This document shows, piece after piece, positions 35,110-47,832 of a DNA stretch of 64,000 nt. Source of the stretch: Felis catus. Its lineage: Eukaryota. The position numbers were made by a program, and so were the translations under genes. The stretch spans positions 56,172,001 through 56,236,000 of the forward strand of contig NC_058386.1 in assembly GCF_018350175.1 (NCBI RefSeq), in the 5' to 3' direction. The notes beneath the pieces were generated by a model, which ran no database searches, was not told where the DNA came from, and saw only the letters and a list, made by a program, of their open reading frames with translations. Positions within the stretch are counted from its first letter, which is position 1; every line of letters begins with the position of its first letter.

Positions 35110-36090
35110 TACAAATACAATATTGATTTCCAAAAAGGGAGGAAAGGTAGACCTCAGTGATATCAAGCCATTTGGCTCAGTCTGGAATATTTGACAAAAT
35201 TCTAAAGAGAATTGTCAAGTTGCTGGTTGTCAGGACGCCTCCAAATGAAGTGAGGAGATGAGGAAGCAGTGCTTCACTTAAGAACATGCCAGTGCCAGTT
35301 AGGCCTCACTGTCTTTTGTGACTCTGTTGGTCTCTGGAGTGCAGCAAAGCTCTGACAAGACCTCCACACTGTTCTTGTAAACAAGATGGAGAACTGTAGA
35401 CTGGAAAAGGTCAGATGAGGTGCACTTGTAGCCGAACAATAGAACTTAAAGAGCCTTGATTGATGTCAACAAGGAAGGAATTATTTAGCATGCTACCACA
35501 GGGCCCTGGCTTCATCCCATCCTGCATATTGAGTTTATCAGTGATCTGGAGAAGGACACAGAAGGCCTGGTTGCCACCAAAATTCCCAAGACCCAGAGCT
35601 GTGAGGCACAGCTAATATGTTGAATTGAGAAATGAAAACAAAACAAAACAAAAATCTCAACAGGGCTGGAACCAGGGGCCCAAAGCAGCCAGATAAAATT
35701 GAACAGGAGTAAATGTGAAGTCTTCCATTGAGAGTCAAAGCCCAACTGCACAAATATGGGCTGGGGAGACAGGGCTTAACAGTCGCATGTGTGAAAAGGA
35801 CTGAGGGCTTTGAGTTGACCACAAGTTTCACAGAAGCCAACAGTGTGACGTGGTGGCTAAAAAAGCTAATGAAATCTTGGGCTGTATGAATAGAAATACA
35901 GTTCCCAGATGCAGGGAGGTAATAGCTCTACTGTACTCTGCCTGTCCAGACCATCTGGAATATGGGGCCTGATTGTAAGCCCCATATTTGCCAAGGCACA
36001 TTGATAAACAGCCATGGCAGGTCACCCAGGCTGGGGAACCACAATGTATGAGAAATAGTTGCAGAAACTGGGGCTGTTTACCTTGTCCAA
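35110..36090 (+). mobile_element. CR1/L3 LINE fossil covering the reverse-transcriptase and C-terminal region
   Basis: 35835-35942 translates SQQCDVVAKKANEILGCMNRNTVPRCREVIALLYSA, matching the CR1 ORF2 motif SQQCALAAKKANGILGCI..S..SRSREVILPLYSAL; upstream decayed PQG and FISDL-like blocks. Confidence 0.9.
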
Positions 36091-36139
36091 GGGGGATCCT
36101 GAACCTTGGCCTAAAATAGCAACATTCTACAGAGGCTCA

Positions 36140-36320
36140 ATCATACTGAGCACTGACTTTGTGCTAGGTACTGTGCAGAGGGCTTTACAGACATGGAACC
36201 CCCACAAGGACCCTAAGGGAGTCAGACTCAGAGAGGTAGAGTAACTTGCAGGAACATCTAGGAAGCAGCAGAGCCAGAACACAGCCCAAATCTGCTTGGC
36301 TCCAAAGACCATACTTTTGT
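36140..36320 (-). mobile_element. MIR
   Basis: actgagcactgactttgtgctaggtactgtgc..gactcagagaggtagagtaacttgc..cagagccagaac. Confidence 0.7.
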
Positions 36321-36469
36321 CCAAATAGCCGAAGGCCAACATGGGGCAGAGAGAACAAGGGTGGTCTGTATGGTCCGAGAAGGCATATCTGGGATCTGTG
36401 GGTAGAAACCACTGGAAAGTATGATTTCAGCTCAATACATACATGGGTGTTTGAGGGTTTTTGCTTTGC

Positions 36470-36680
36470 TTTGTTCTGTTTTGCTTTAACATTTTATTAC
36501 GGAAAATCTCAGATATACATATAAGTAGACAGAAGAGTTCCATGAGCCCCCATGTATTTACCCATCACCCAGTTTCGACAATTATCAACTCACAGCCAAT
36601 TTTGCTTCACTCCTATCCCCATCCACTCCCCAGCCAAGAAATATTCTGAGGCAGATTCCAGACATCCCATCAGTATGTAA
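36470..36680 (-). mobile_element. old L1M (MB/MC/ME-type) 3' end
   Basis: attttattacggaaaatctcagatatacatataagtagacagaa..cccccatgta..cccatcacccagtttcgacaattatcaac. Confidence 0.7.
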
Positions 36681-37689
36681 ATAGACAGTGATTTTATCAG
36701 CTAGTCTGTCCTGGGAGAGAACTGGCATCTAGGAGAGAGAAGGAATAAGCTCATTGTTATTGGAGGGGTAAAAATATCCCTGAGGCCATTTTCCATTCAT
36801 ATAAATGGAGAATGGCCACTACTGGCTCCCTCTTCTTTTGGACATAACCAAATTGATGGCGGCAGGTCAAGGAGCAGAGGCTGGTGCTGTCATCTGGGTG
36901 AAGAAGGCTACTAAAGTGCCTTGGGCTTGCAAAGCTTTTCCCCAGAGGCACAAGATAGGGAGCCCTTACCCTCTCCAGCCTGGAGCTGGCACTGTACTAT
37001 CCTTGGTACCCAGGATTTGCTCAGAAAAAAAAAAAAGGGCACATATTTCCCTACCCCTTACTCTCTCTCTCTCTCTCTGTCTCATATTCACACACCCTAT
37101 TAGAGACTTTGGAAGGCATGTCTTAGGCTGCCTCTCACACCTTGCCCTGGAGACTGGCATGAGTCACCTCTTCACCATGGACATGTGGGCACAGGTCTTC
37201 ATGGGAGCCAGCCGTGGGAGCAAGCAAACTTCAAGGCTTCAGGGACCATCAACCCCCAGGCCTAGGCTATACTTCTAGTAGGTGGTGCCCCGGGTCCTGC
37301 CCACCCCTCCCAATGCCCTTTATGCATGGCCTTCTTTACCAGCCCCTCCTTCAGCCTGAAGGAGGGCCTCCAGCCATGCACTGCCCAGATCAACCATGGG
37401 AAGAGCACGTGACCCAGTCAAAGCTCCAAATTTCCTCCACTGTGGAAAAGCTCTGGCCCCTGACATGAACAGATACTCCCAAACATGTAAATAGCATGAC
37501 AAGTATACAAGTTAGTTTTGATGGGTCCCATACATACATGTTTATGTTAGTCTATCAGTCTTTGACTAGTAGGTGGGGATTGGGCTCCTAGTGTCCTCTC
37601 TGAATGGAGAGCAATGACAGTTTGGCTCTTAAATAAGTAAATTTATTTCCAGAGAACATGGTGGAAGAGATAAGTGTGGGGAATATGAT

Positions 37690-37865
37690 CAGCAGTGTTG
37701 GGGGTTGTTGGTGATAATAGCAGTGGTACAAATATTAAACTTGAGGCAGGTGAGGATAGTGATGTCAGATTGTATTAAGTTGGTGATCATTGTGATGGAG
37801 GTGGCAATGGTGACAATCAGGGTACAAGAAATCGTGTTGGTGATAGTCATGGTGGTGGCAGTGGC
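37690..37865. repeat. degenerate (GGT/GAT)n simple repeat
   Basis: gttggtgataatagcagtggt..gtgatggaggtggcaatggtg..gtggtggcagtggc; explains the V/I-rich and T-rich ORFs. Confidence 0.75.
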
Positions 37866-38614
37866 TAGAGATTTGTGCTCTAGGCAGCCATCTTTGGTGA
37901 TGTGGAAAATGTTCTCCACAGCAACTCTAAGAACCAAAGCACTTTCTGCAGGCTCACAGCCTTCCCTGAGAGCATCCCTCTGGCCAGAAGCTGATCTGAA
38001 CACTGAGGTTCCCGACGTTTGTCATGGTGACACCTGTTCAGTTAGGTCTCAGAGGAGGCAGGAGGGTAGACCATGTATATGACTTCTCTGGAGCCTCTTG
38101 GCACAGGAGTCTTTGCCAGGCCAGAAAGTAGATTTAATTCCACACTGGTCTCAGGCAAAAGAGGCACTCTTCAGTTTCTTTTTTCCTTATCTTGTCCACC
38201 CACAGGTATGGCTTCACAAAGCCTCAGAGAGAAGAGTGCTATTCTAGACTCTGGGCTTCTTTAGAATCTGAAATTCCTGTAGTGCCTGGGGGACAAGAGG
38301 CTGGATCACTATTGGAGGCTGGGAAGCTTTTTTTTCTGTCCTCAGGAAGACAGACCTCCATCTTCCTGGGCAAGAAACCTGTCTGGGAGCGAGATGGGCA
38401 GGTCTCTCACTCTCCAGGAGGCTCAGACCATCTGGGCTGACAGCCCGAGGTCCCTCAGGACAGATAAAGTAATCCAGGAGCCCAAGAGGAGGGATTAACT
38501 CCTGCCTTGGCTACCATGCAGTCAGTGGTGTAAAGCCGGTCTGGGGGGCAAGGGATAAGTGGGAGGCAGCTCCACTTTTTCTATGGGGAAGTGAGAAAAG
38601 TAGGGCTTTTTGAA

Positions 38615-38730
38615 GCCAGACAGAACTAGGTTGGAGTCAAAGCTCCAGAACTTCCTAACTTTGTGTCCATGCTCAAGTCCCTTCATTCTGCTGTACCTCA
38701 GTTTCCTTGCCTGGGAAAGTTCCATGACTA
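38615..38730 (+). mobile_element. MIR fragment
   Basis: ccagacagaactaggttggag..caagtcccttcattctgctgtacctcagtttcctt. Confidence 0.6.
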
Positions 38731-41134
38731 ATAGTTGTTCCTTTTCCTCCCTTTTAACCTTACTAGGGAACTACAGCCTTCCCCAACACTTTAGCCACTC
38801 TGTATGCCCAAACAACCCCAAGTAAGAGACTAGATCCTCAAGAGCCTTGAGTTGCCACTACCTGACCCAGTGTACTGGGAAAACTTCAGGTTAGGCACTG
38901 GTCAATAGAGAGGTCTCCCAGAATGCCAAAAGGTGATGGCCTCTTTGTGACCAGGAGAGGAGAATGGCTCTACCCCATTGCCCTGGGCAAATGTGGCAGG
39001 ACTGGCCAAGGAAAGGACACAGTGCTTTTTCTCTGCTCTATGGTACCTCTGGCATTTACTCTCCAAGCTCTTCTGTCTGGCACAGAGCATGTCATCTTGT
39101 AACGTTGTTTGCATCACTGTTAGGAAATCTTGTATTATTTAACTTAGACTGCATATCAATGTATGTGTCTGAGTAGGTGCTGTTTCTTTAACTAGACCAC
39201 AAAGCCCCGAGACAAGGGACACCCCTTCATCTCTTCTCTCCCCTCTTAATACAAGGCTGGTTACCTGGAAGGCTTCAGTCCAGCCCCATTCTTGCTTCGG
39301 TGGTCGACACCTGCTCAGGATCTTTCCAAAAAGTGCAAAGATTCCAAATCCCCCCTAAACTTTGGATCTCTGGGCAGAGGGGCCTTCATGGCTCTTCTGA
39401 GACTCTTTATTTCTCTGTACAGGCCTCTGACCCTAGATCTCTCAGTCTCTCAGGTGTGTCTCTGTGTCAGTGTCTCTGTGAGTAAATGTCTACTAGGCTC
39501 TGGAAAATGAGGGCGTGGCCAACGCAAACATTGCAGCTGAATAGAATCTTTGTGGCCTAATGATTTTAGAAAATGATTTGCACGGCAGGCTTATTATTTG
39601 GAGGATGGGAACCAGCTATTCCCCCTCCCCCTGACAGGAGGATAAGGAGTGGATGAGAATGGCACTTGGAGAGACTGAGGTTTCTGACCTAGAGAGGAAA
39701 GTGATACAGGAACTTGAGGCCCTAGATTTAGGGGGTGGTATCCTCTCTAGAATGCTCAAAGAGCAGATCACCTACCATTAACACTAGAGCCCTTTCTGGT
39801 TCCAGGGAAGCAGGTGTCAGGACCCTAGGCTCAGGAGTTCCTGAGAATGGAGTCACACCAAGGTAAAGCCCCACCAGGGCATGCAGAGCTCTCTGCTAGT
39901 GCCAAGATAGTGTCTCCTGAGATACAAAGAGGCTGCTCCCCACCCTCACAGAGCTACTGAGAGGCTGAAACAAGAGAATGTATGTACTTGTCCCCAGGGA
40001 TGGTACCATGCGCCTGGCTACTCAGTACATTTTAGAACCTACATGGCCAAATTAAGGGCAATGTGGTGAGGAGACCCAGAACCTTTGGGAGCAAGAAAAA
40101 CAGCTGAAAATACACAAGGCCCAGCGCTTCACAGGGTCTGGCACAGGCACCTCAGGAGCCTACTTCCCCTTCCTCAAGAGGGCCTCTGCTTCCTTCCACA
40201 GACTGTAAGCAGTGGGTTCTACTCTCTTTCTACATCTCAGCTGCCCTGCCCCTGCCCATCAGAGACTGTCCCCAGCATCTCTTCTCCCTGTTGTCTCTGC
40301 AACAGATCCCCAGGGCCTTTTGTGTTTTAAGGACTTTAAGGCTACTCTGGACAGAGAAGCAAGCAGTGGGGCATTGGGGGGGGGGTCACCAGAATAACAA
40401 CTGTGGGGAAGCCTCTAAGGGTCAAGAGAGTAGAGTTCCAGTTGCCCTTGACATTCATTGAAATGGAAATGGAGCTGAGGCAGCCATTCTCAGAAGCCTT
40501 TCCCAGACTCCTTTTCTTCCATGGTCCCATGGACATTGCTTCATTCTTTCCCTCTTTTATGCCTGAGCTTGGGGCTCCTATATTTCCCAGCAAGGCGCCC
40601 TCATTCTCAGCTCCCACGCCCCCCCTCATCTGTCCTCATCATCAATAGGCCCTGGAGGATAGCAGAGACCCTCTTAGGGCAAAATAATAGGCCTCGCAAT
40701 TCCATCATTCACATTCGCCTGGACTCAAGTGGGTCATTTACATGCACCCTGGAATGGCAACGCAGGGAGGGAGCATGAGGATCATCTAGTTCATCCCTTC
40801 CCCCTGTTCCTACCCTCTCAGGGGAATAGAGGAAGATCCCAAGGCCCAGAGAAGGGAAGGGAGCTACCCAAGTTACACAGTAAGAGGTGGAGCCTGAGGG
40901 CCACTCACTGCTTTTGATCAGACTTTCCAACTTTGAGGGCCGATGATCTGGGCTCCTGAGAGTCTTAGAGAGTACAGCAGAGTCAACTCCCACCAACTTT
41001 ATGCAGGGGGTTTCAGAGCAGGTTTTCCCATAGCTAAGGGGCAGCTTAGGCAGTCCCTCAAGCCTCCAAGGAAGGAAATTCCCATCTGCTGCTGGCCTAC
41101 TACATGCAAAAATGCCCCCATATTGGCTCTTTTC

Positions 41135-41315
41135 TGTCATCCTCATGACAAACCTGCCTCGGAGGAAGGCAGCATTAATTATTATCCTCATTTTCCAGAT
41201 GAGGAAACTAAGTGTCAGAAACATGAAGGGACACATGTGTAAATAGGTCACATATCTATAAAGCGCTGGTCTAGGTTCAGAGCCTGTGCCCTATTATCTA
41301 TGTCCCACTGCCATA
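41135..41315 (-). mobile_element. MIR
   Basis: tcctcatgacaaacctg..attatcctcattttccagatgaggaaactaag. Confidence 0.75.
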
Positions 41316-41536
41316 GAGGGCTTCTCAGAGCACATCTAAATCATGCCTCAGCTCTGGCCCATGATCTTTTCCCTTTCCACCTCCAACCCACCTCCAATTC
41401 ACATGGCGTGACCCGGGTGGGAATGGCTGGGTGAGTGATCCACAGAGCAGTATTCCTGAGGACAGCTAGATCCTGACTCAGCCACCTCTGAATACCCCCA
41501 AAGTTGGGTGGCAGTTGTCAGCACACTGCAAAACAG

Positions 41537-41538
<2 letters not shown>

Positions 41539-41568
<30 letters not shown>
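41539..41568. repeat. (TG)15 followed by about 550 bp of degenerate TG-rich sequence
   Basis: direct reading. Confidence 0.95.
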
Positions 41569-41569
<1 letters not shown>

Positions 41570-42984
41570 ATGCGTGCATATGTGATAGCTGGGTATCTAG
41601 GTCAATTTGCCTTTGTGCATGAGGCTCTGGTTCTGTACATGTGTTTGAGGCAACACATTTTGGGCTCCATTTGCCTAGGTCAAGATAGACATCTGGAGCT
41701 ATGTGTGATTGTATGCATGTGTTTTTCCACATGTGTCACTGCATCGGTGCATATGTATATCTTTGTGTAAATATGTGTCTGCCCTGGTACACCTACAGAC
41801 TGTGTGTGTTCCTGATCTAAAGCAGGTCCAGCGATCTCTGCAATGTCTAGGTGTGGGTATGGCATCTAGGCCCAGTATCTGGGCCTATTTACACTGAGAT
41901 TTGTGCGGACGCCTAGGTCGGCAGAATACTGATTTATACAATTTGCTTTGTCTCTAGGGGCATGATTGCCAGGGTCTCTTTGTGCAGCTGGGGGAATGTC
42001 TACACACACATGTCCAGGTCTAGGGCTGTGTGTGATGGCCATATATATTGCACATTTGAATATGTCAGTACATGGGTCCATAGCCAAGGGTGCCTAGCAC
42101 ACAAGAGCACTGTGCACACTCAAGCCTGATGTCAATCTCCACCAGTGAATCTGGTCTCCAGCAGTCCCCATCACTCCTCAGCTTCCATGACCTGTCCCCA
42201 AAGCTGAGGAATCAGGACCTATTGGGTGTGAGCATCCCTATTACACCCTACCAAGTGTACTAATCCCCCTGGGGAAGTCATTACCAAAAACCATACACAG
42301 CCAGAGTTGCTTAATCACTCTTAAGAAATTTCTTTATAATCTGAGTAAATTACTTTAATTACTTGCAGCTACCAATTAGTGTTTGAAGGTTTCCCTTCTA
42401 GAGAAACAAGCCTCCTGCACTGGGCTTCCAGTCCCCTCCACCTCCAGGGTGAGGGCTGCTCACCTGGCTGCCCCTCCTACCAGGCGCCAGCCTGCCCCCT
42501 TTCCGCCCACAGGGCTTGGCCACAGTGGCTCAGCCCCTGGCTTTGCTTCAGGGGGCTCAGTTTCTCATTGATGCTGCAAGCACTGCCTCCTGACCCCAAG
42601 ACCTGTGCCCAAGGAGGTTTTAGCATCAGCAGGCCCCAGCTCAGCCTCTTCCAGCTCACCTGGTGGGGCCTGGCTCACTGCGGATTTCCAGGCTCTGCTG
42701 TAAGTGGCCAGACCTTTCCTTCTCTGGGCCTTTTTCCTCCCCAGCCACCCCCTGCATCTCCAGCTATGCAAGAAAAAATGGCTGCTGCCTCTGAGCTCCT
42801 TGCACAGAAGGGGCACAGTGACTGCAGGCATCTCAGGGCCAAGGACTCCTCCAAGTCAGGCTGCTGTTCGCTTTTGCTGAAGCCCCAGAAAAGGTGCTGG
42901 CACTACCCAGCTTTCATGCCCAGCCCTGGAAATTCCCAGAGAAAAAGCAGCATGCTGTAAAAGGAGGAAGAGGAACACCGGCTT

Positions 42985-43118
42985 TGGTTGGAGTCCTGGT
43001 TCTGCTTCACCTTAGCTGCACGACCATGTACAAGGCACTTCCCCACTCCAAGCCTCAGTTTCTTGACATGTGAAATGTGGAAGATGGGCTGACTTCACAT
43101 TGGGGTGTGAAGATTAAA
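42985..43118 (+). mobile_element. MIR
   Basis: gagtcctggttctgcttcaccttagctg..aagcctcagtttcttgacatgtgaaatg..gtgaagattaaa. Confidence 0.75.
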
Positions 43119-43593
43119 ACCCTCCCCTCATGGCACCATCAGGGCACACAATACATACTGATTCCCAATGTGCCAGGAACAGAAACACCCAGAAAGAAAC
43201 AAATATGTTGCTGCCTTTGGGAAGCTTCCCATCTCATAGGGAAGATAGGACATGTGGAGAATTAACTGGAATGGAAGGAGAACTGTGGTACTCACCCTAC
43301 AAAAGAGACACATAAAGTATTGAGGGTAGTCAGGGTAACAAAAGCAGGGAAGATAGGCTTATTAAGGAGGCCATTTCATGTGGAACTCAGCATACCACCT
43401 AATTCTTGTTTGTCCCTCCCCGGCTTCATTTAGACCTCGTTCACCTGGGCAGGGGGTGTCTTTGTGGGCTGGATATTGTGTGCATACTATATAGGAAGTT
43501 ACAAGACACCCCTCAGGGCTGCTCCTGCTCATTTGTGTGCTGGTGTGTCTGTGTGTGTGTCTGTGTATACATATGCACATGAATGTAGAGATG

Positions 43594-43596
<3 letters not shown>

Positions 43597-43630
<34 letters not shown>
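43597..43630. repeat. (GT)17 microsatellite
   Basis: direct reading. Confidence 0.97.
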
Positions 43631-43635
<5 letters not shown>

Positions 43636-43816
43636 GTGGAGCAGGAAAGAGTAGGTGAAGACAAGGAAAGAGAAGAAGGTGCCAGGAAGCAAGGCTCTGC
43701 CCCCTCCTCCCTGCCAGCTCCTTTCTCACTATTTCCAGTGCTGGGCACCAGCCCCTGATCACTGAGCACAAGTGGTGCAACTCCCCACCAGTGCCCCCTT
43801 AAGACCCCTCTCTTTC

Positions 43817-44029
43817 AGAGTGCCTGGGTGGCTCAGTCAGTTAAGCATCCCACTCTTGATTCCAGCTCAGGTCAGGATCTCACGATTGATCATGACATCA
43901 AGCCCCGAGTTGAGCTCTGCATAGTGTGGAGCCTGCTTGGGATTCTCTCTCTCTCCCTCTCTCTCTGCCCCTCCCCTCTCAAAAATAAATAAGTACTCTC
44001 TCTCAAAAATAAATAAATAAACTAAAAAA
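43817..44029 (+). mobile_element. Can-SINE with duplicated 3' tail unit
   Basis: tgcctgggtggctcagtcagttaag head; ctctcaaaaataaataa occurs twice; degenerate TSD aagacccctctctt (43801-43814) / aggacccctttctt (44030-44043). Confidence 0.95.
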
Positions 44030-44164
44030 AGGACCCCTTTCTTCCACTCAGCTCCCCACCCTCTGTTCATGAGACAGCTCCCAGATACTCCTGATTCCTT
44101 TCCGTTGTTATCTGGACATACCATTCCCAGAGCATTTGCTCTTCCCATGTCCCATTAAATTGTT

Positions 44165-44290
44165 CCCATAGTCCTGACAACTAAGTGCTATTAATATCTC
44201 TGTTTTAAAGATGAGGAAACTGAGGCACAAAGAGACAATATGACTAATCTAAAATAAACTGTGTTGGAAGATAAGCTCTTTAACTCTTAG
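44165..44290 (-). mobile_element. MIR fragment
   Basis: tgttttaaagatgaggaaactgaggcacaaagag. Confidence 0.7.
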
Positions 44291-45244
44291 CCCCTTGGCT
44301 GTATAGTTTGGCCCCTGGGGGTCCCCATAGCCATTTGAGGGGTGGGGCTGGGGGACTGAAAGGAAAGGCAGCTTCCTTGTCTGGGAGCCTGGAATCACTT
44401 GGGTCCCAGCTCCACACCCTTTCTCTAGACTTCAGTTTCACTGGACCTCCCCTTTCCCTACCCCCACGGAGATGAGGGAATCAGCAGCCTTCTGGGCAGT
44501 GGGTAGGGCTGTGGGGGTTAATTAACTGTTTCCCAAAAAGCTTTGAAGATGAATACTCCTCCAGGAGGGAGGAGGGAGAGGGGCAAACCAGCTTGCAGGC
44601 AGGCAGAGCCACCAATGAATTGGGACACCAGGTTGTTATTAAGGAAAAATCCCCAGCTTCTGGCCTGTACTCTACCCACTGCCTTTCAGGTGCTGCCAGT
44701 GGGCTCTGCACTTCACAAGCTTTCTGGACTCCATGCCTTACCATGTCCAGGCATGCTTTCTGAAGGTGTGCAGCCCTGGTGTAGGGGGGAGAGGCTGACA
44801 CTCTGGTCTCTGGCAGGAAAGTGGGGAAGAAGAAGAAGGACCCAGGCTGGAGGCAATGCAGGTCCCAGGGTCTACATGGAGAAGAGGGTGGAGGCGCTAT
44901 TCAAACATCCTGCCTATGGGCCTGGTGAGCTCACCCTGGGGAGGGATACTGCTGGTTCCCATCTTGGCTCAACCAAACCAAGATTCCTCTGCAATGTGCC
45001 CATATGTGGACCTGATCAGAGGTCCAGAAAGATGGCTCTTAATTCAGTGCCTTGTGTCTTCAGAAGGCCAGCACAGTGTTTGAGATGCTTTTCCCCAGGA
45101 AAGCCAGGTAGGAAATAAAGATCCTTCTATCTACAAGTCGGAAGGTCTCCATACTCACTTCCTTGATCTCTTCCTTGTTTATCTCCCTCTCTCCCAGTGC
45201 ACTCAGAGCTTACAGTCTGTTAGGGGGACAAAGTTGTAATAAGA

Positions 45245-45600
45245 TACAATATGACTATTTAACCCAGTATTCCTCCTCTGGGTAGTTATCCTACAGAAGT
45301 ACTCACACATGCATAGTGATATATGTAAAAGCATAGGGCATATAAGGCAAATCGTATACAGCCTAAATGGACATCGATAGGGAGTGGTTTAATAAGCTAT
45401 TCCATACTATGGGATCCAACGAGGCTGTTCAAAAGAAGATAGATTGACACATGCACACTGAAAAGATGCCCCACACCCACCGTCAAGATTTAAAAGTAAG
45501 TTGTAAAACATGTGTGCATATAGAGTAGGACCTGGTTTGTGAAAAATGAAGCTATACATTTCTGCATTTACTCATTTATGTGTGAAAATGCATAGAACAA
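45245..45600 (+). mobile_element. old L1M (ME/MC-type) 3' fragment
   Basis: tttaacccagtattcctcctctgggtagttatcctacagaagtact..agcctaaatggacatcgatagggagtggtttaataagctat. Confidence 0.7.
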
Positions 45601-46599
45601 AGCTCTGAGTTTTCCTTGCCCCCACCCTACACTGCTCCTCTAGTGCTGGCCTGTAGATGGGAGCCTGATCCTTCTTTATTGACATTTGTCTTCTTGGTCC
45701 TACAGTAGCAAAACTACAGGGCAAGAACAAGAAGTAAGAAAGTGCCTGTTCTGGGCCAGGCCCTTGCTAGGACTGAACATGTGTTTCCCATGGATGGCTA
45801 AGGTACCCAACGTCTCCAAAAGTCATCCATCCTGACCCCTGACTTCACACCAGATGGTTTCCTCCCTTGCCTGCCAAGCAGGGTCTCCCCCAGCTGAAGG
45901 TTACTGCCCGGCCTCTGGCCAGGCATAGCTTCCTTCTCTAGTTAGGGGCCAGGAGTATGCAAGTGAGTGTGTGCTCTGTGAACCACGCGATGCACTAGAG
46001 GGGACCTGGTGGACCAGAGGACATACAGTGTCTGCCCCCACAGTCTGATGAGGGATGAAGGAGAGAGGATCTGGAGGGCAGACACAGAAACCAAACTGGG
46101 TCACCTTGAGCTGAAAGGAAATTTGTACCAAGACTCCTGGAGCAGCACTCTCAGAACTCATGAGAACTACAGAAGCAGACCTGAGAGTGAGTGGAAACCA
46201 GAGAAGGTCTGAGGATCCAAGAAATAGGAAGCACAGTGCCTGTCTGTAACCAACATGGCCTGGCCAACATTGCTACCAGGGAGCCTATGTAGACAATACC
46301 CACTCTTCCACTGTGGCTCTTGCCTGAAGAGGGAGCATCCTTTCTCCTGAGCTCCAGTCATGCATCAGCCCTCCTGAGTTGAAGCAGTTGCCTTAGATTA
46401 CCCCCTGTAAGATCACATCAAATGAGAGAGGTAATTCTCCAAAAGAAATCAGGATACCATGGTGGGGGGATGTGTAATGGGCAGCCCCAAAGTGACAAAT
46501 GACCATGATAAGGGAAGCTAGGACACAGACCAAAAACACTGTCTGTGTTGAGGTTATGGGCAATTGTTGCACAGGGCCTGTGGGGAGAGTAGGTGTTGA

Positions 46600-46795
46600 G
46601 CACCTCTTTGGTACCAGTCCTGTACTGGGCTTTTTCCACATGTCACCATCTTTACCTCAACCCTGAGACAGAAGTATTATTACTTCCATATACAGATGAG
46701 GATCTGGAGGCTCAGAGATGGAGAATGACTTGTCTAGTGTCATCATCTACAAAGTGGCTGAATCTGGACTTGAACCCAAGATTCAGACTGTACTC
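46600..46795 (-). mobile_element. MIR
   Basis: caaccctgagacagaagtattattacttccatatacagatgaggatctggaggctcagagatg..ggacttgaacccaag. Confidence 0.8.
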
Positions 46796-47609
46796 TCTTC
46801 CTCCCCAACCCAGGGGTGTGGGAGGAGCTGCCGCCATTGTTTGAGCAACCCCTCGGGATCCGCCTTGAGAGCTCTGTATAGGCAGCATCCTCTTGACTTT
46901 CTCTTCTCCCTCTTTTTTCATCTCCTGCCTCCAGAACTCAATCCTCAGCAAATCTCTGAGCTCAATTTACAAAGGGTGCTCGAGGCCTTTGGTGCCAGCT
47001 GACTTGTGGGCAGAGACAGGGTGAGCTGTGGTCACATTCTCTGGAGGCTCTCCCACCAGCTCCCTGCAAGGCTGGCTGGCATCCCTTGGCTGTGGGAAGG
47101 GCCTGGGAGAAAACTTCACCCCCTGGGGGAGAAGAGTAGGGACTCCTCCAATTCCCATTTCTCTCCTTCTGCCTATGGTCTCCAGTAGCACTGAAGCAGA
47201 CAGAAAGGGCTGCCTGGAAAGCAGGGGGAGTGGAAGATGGCAGCTACCCAAGCTACTCTGGGGATAAGATGAAGGCTTACCTTCACTTCCTGTGAGCTGC
47301 TGTCCAGTGCCTGATTGGCCACTTTGGTGGCACTTGTACCTCTGTACTCTCTCCCATGACTGCCAGGGAACAACTATCAGGTCACAAGTCCTTTCCAGGC
47401 ACTCAGCTTCATTGTGGACTCCGGGCTTCTCACTCCCACTATGTGTGTTGCCCTCTTAGAGAGATGAGTCTTGGGGGACCCTGGGTGGGTCTTTTCAGAG
47501 CCCCAGGCAGATCTAGGCCACTGGCTTTGAAGTCTACACTATCTGTCTACAGCCATGGCCCTGAGGGATTAGCAGTTCTCTGGACTCAGCACTTAGAAAT
47601 CCTCAACCT

Positions 47610-47832
47610 GGGGCACCTGGGTGGCTCAGTTGGTTGAGTGTCCAACTTCAGCTTAGGTCATGATCTCATGGTTCATGAGTTTGAGCCCCGCGTCAGGCCC
47701 TGTGCTGACAGCTCAGAGCCTGGAGCCTGCTTGGGATTCTGTGTCTCCCTCTTTCTCTTCCCCTCCTCCGCTCATGCTTACTCTCTCTCTCTCAAAAATA
47801 AATGAACATTAAAGTAACCTTTAAAAAAGAAA
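47610..47832 (+). mobile_element. Can-SINE, about 16-bp TSD
   Basis: ggggcacctgggtggctcagttggttgag head; TSD agaaatcct(ca/tg)acctg at 47595-47610 and 47833-47848. Confidence 0.97.

Noticed and set aside
37705-38082. V/I-rich ORF and antisense T-rich mucin-like ORF
   Set aside because: Product of a degenerate (GGT/GAT)n repeat
46009-46212. 67-aa ORF with globular-looking composition
   Set aside because: GTG start, no recognised homology, no convincing paired splice sites
46360-46480. Possible MLT1 (MaLR) LTR fragment
   Set aside because: Only a short resemblance (ggtaattctccaaaagaaatcagg); too weak to call without a search
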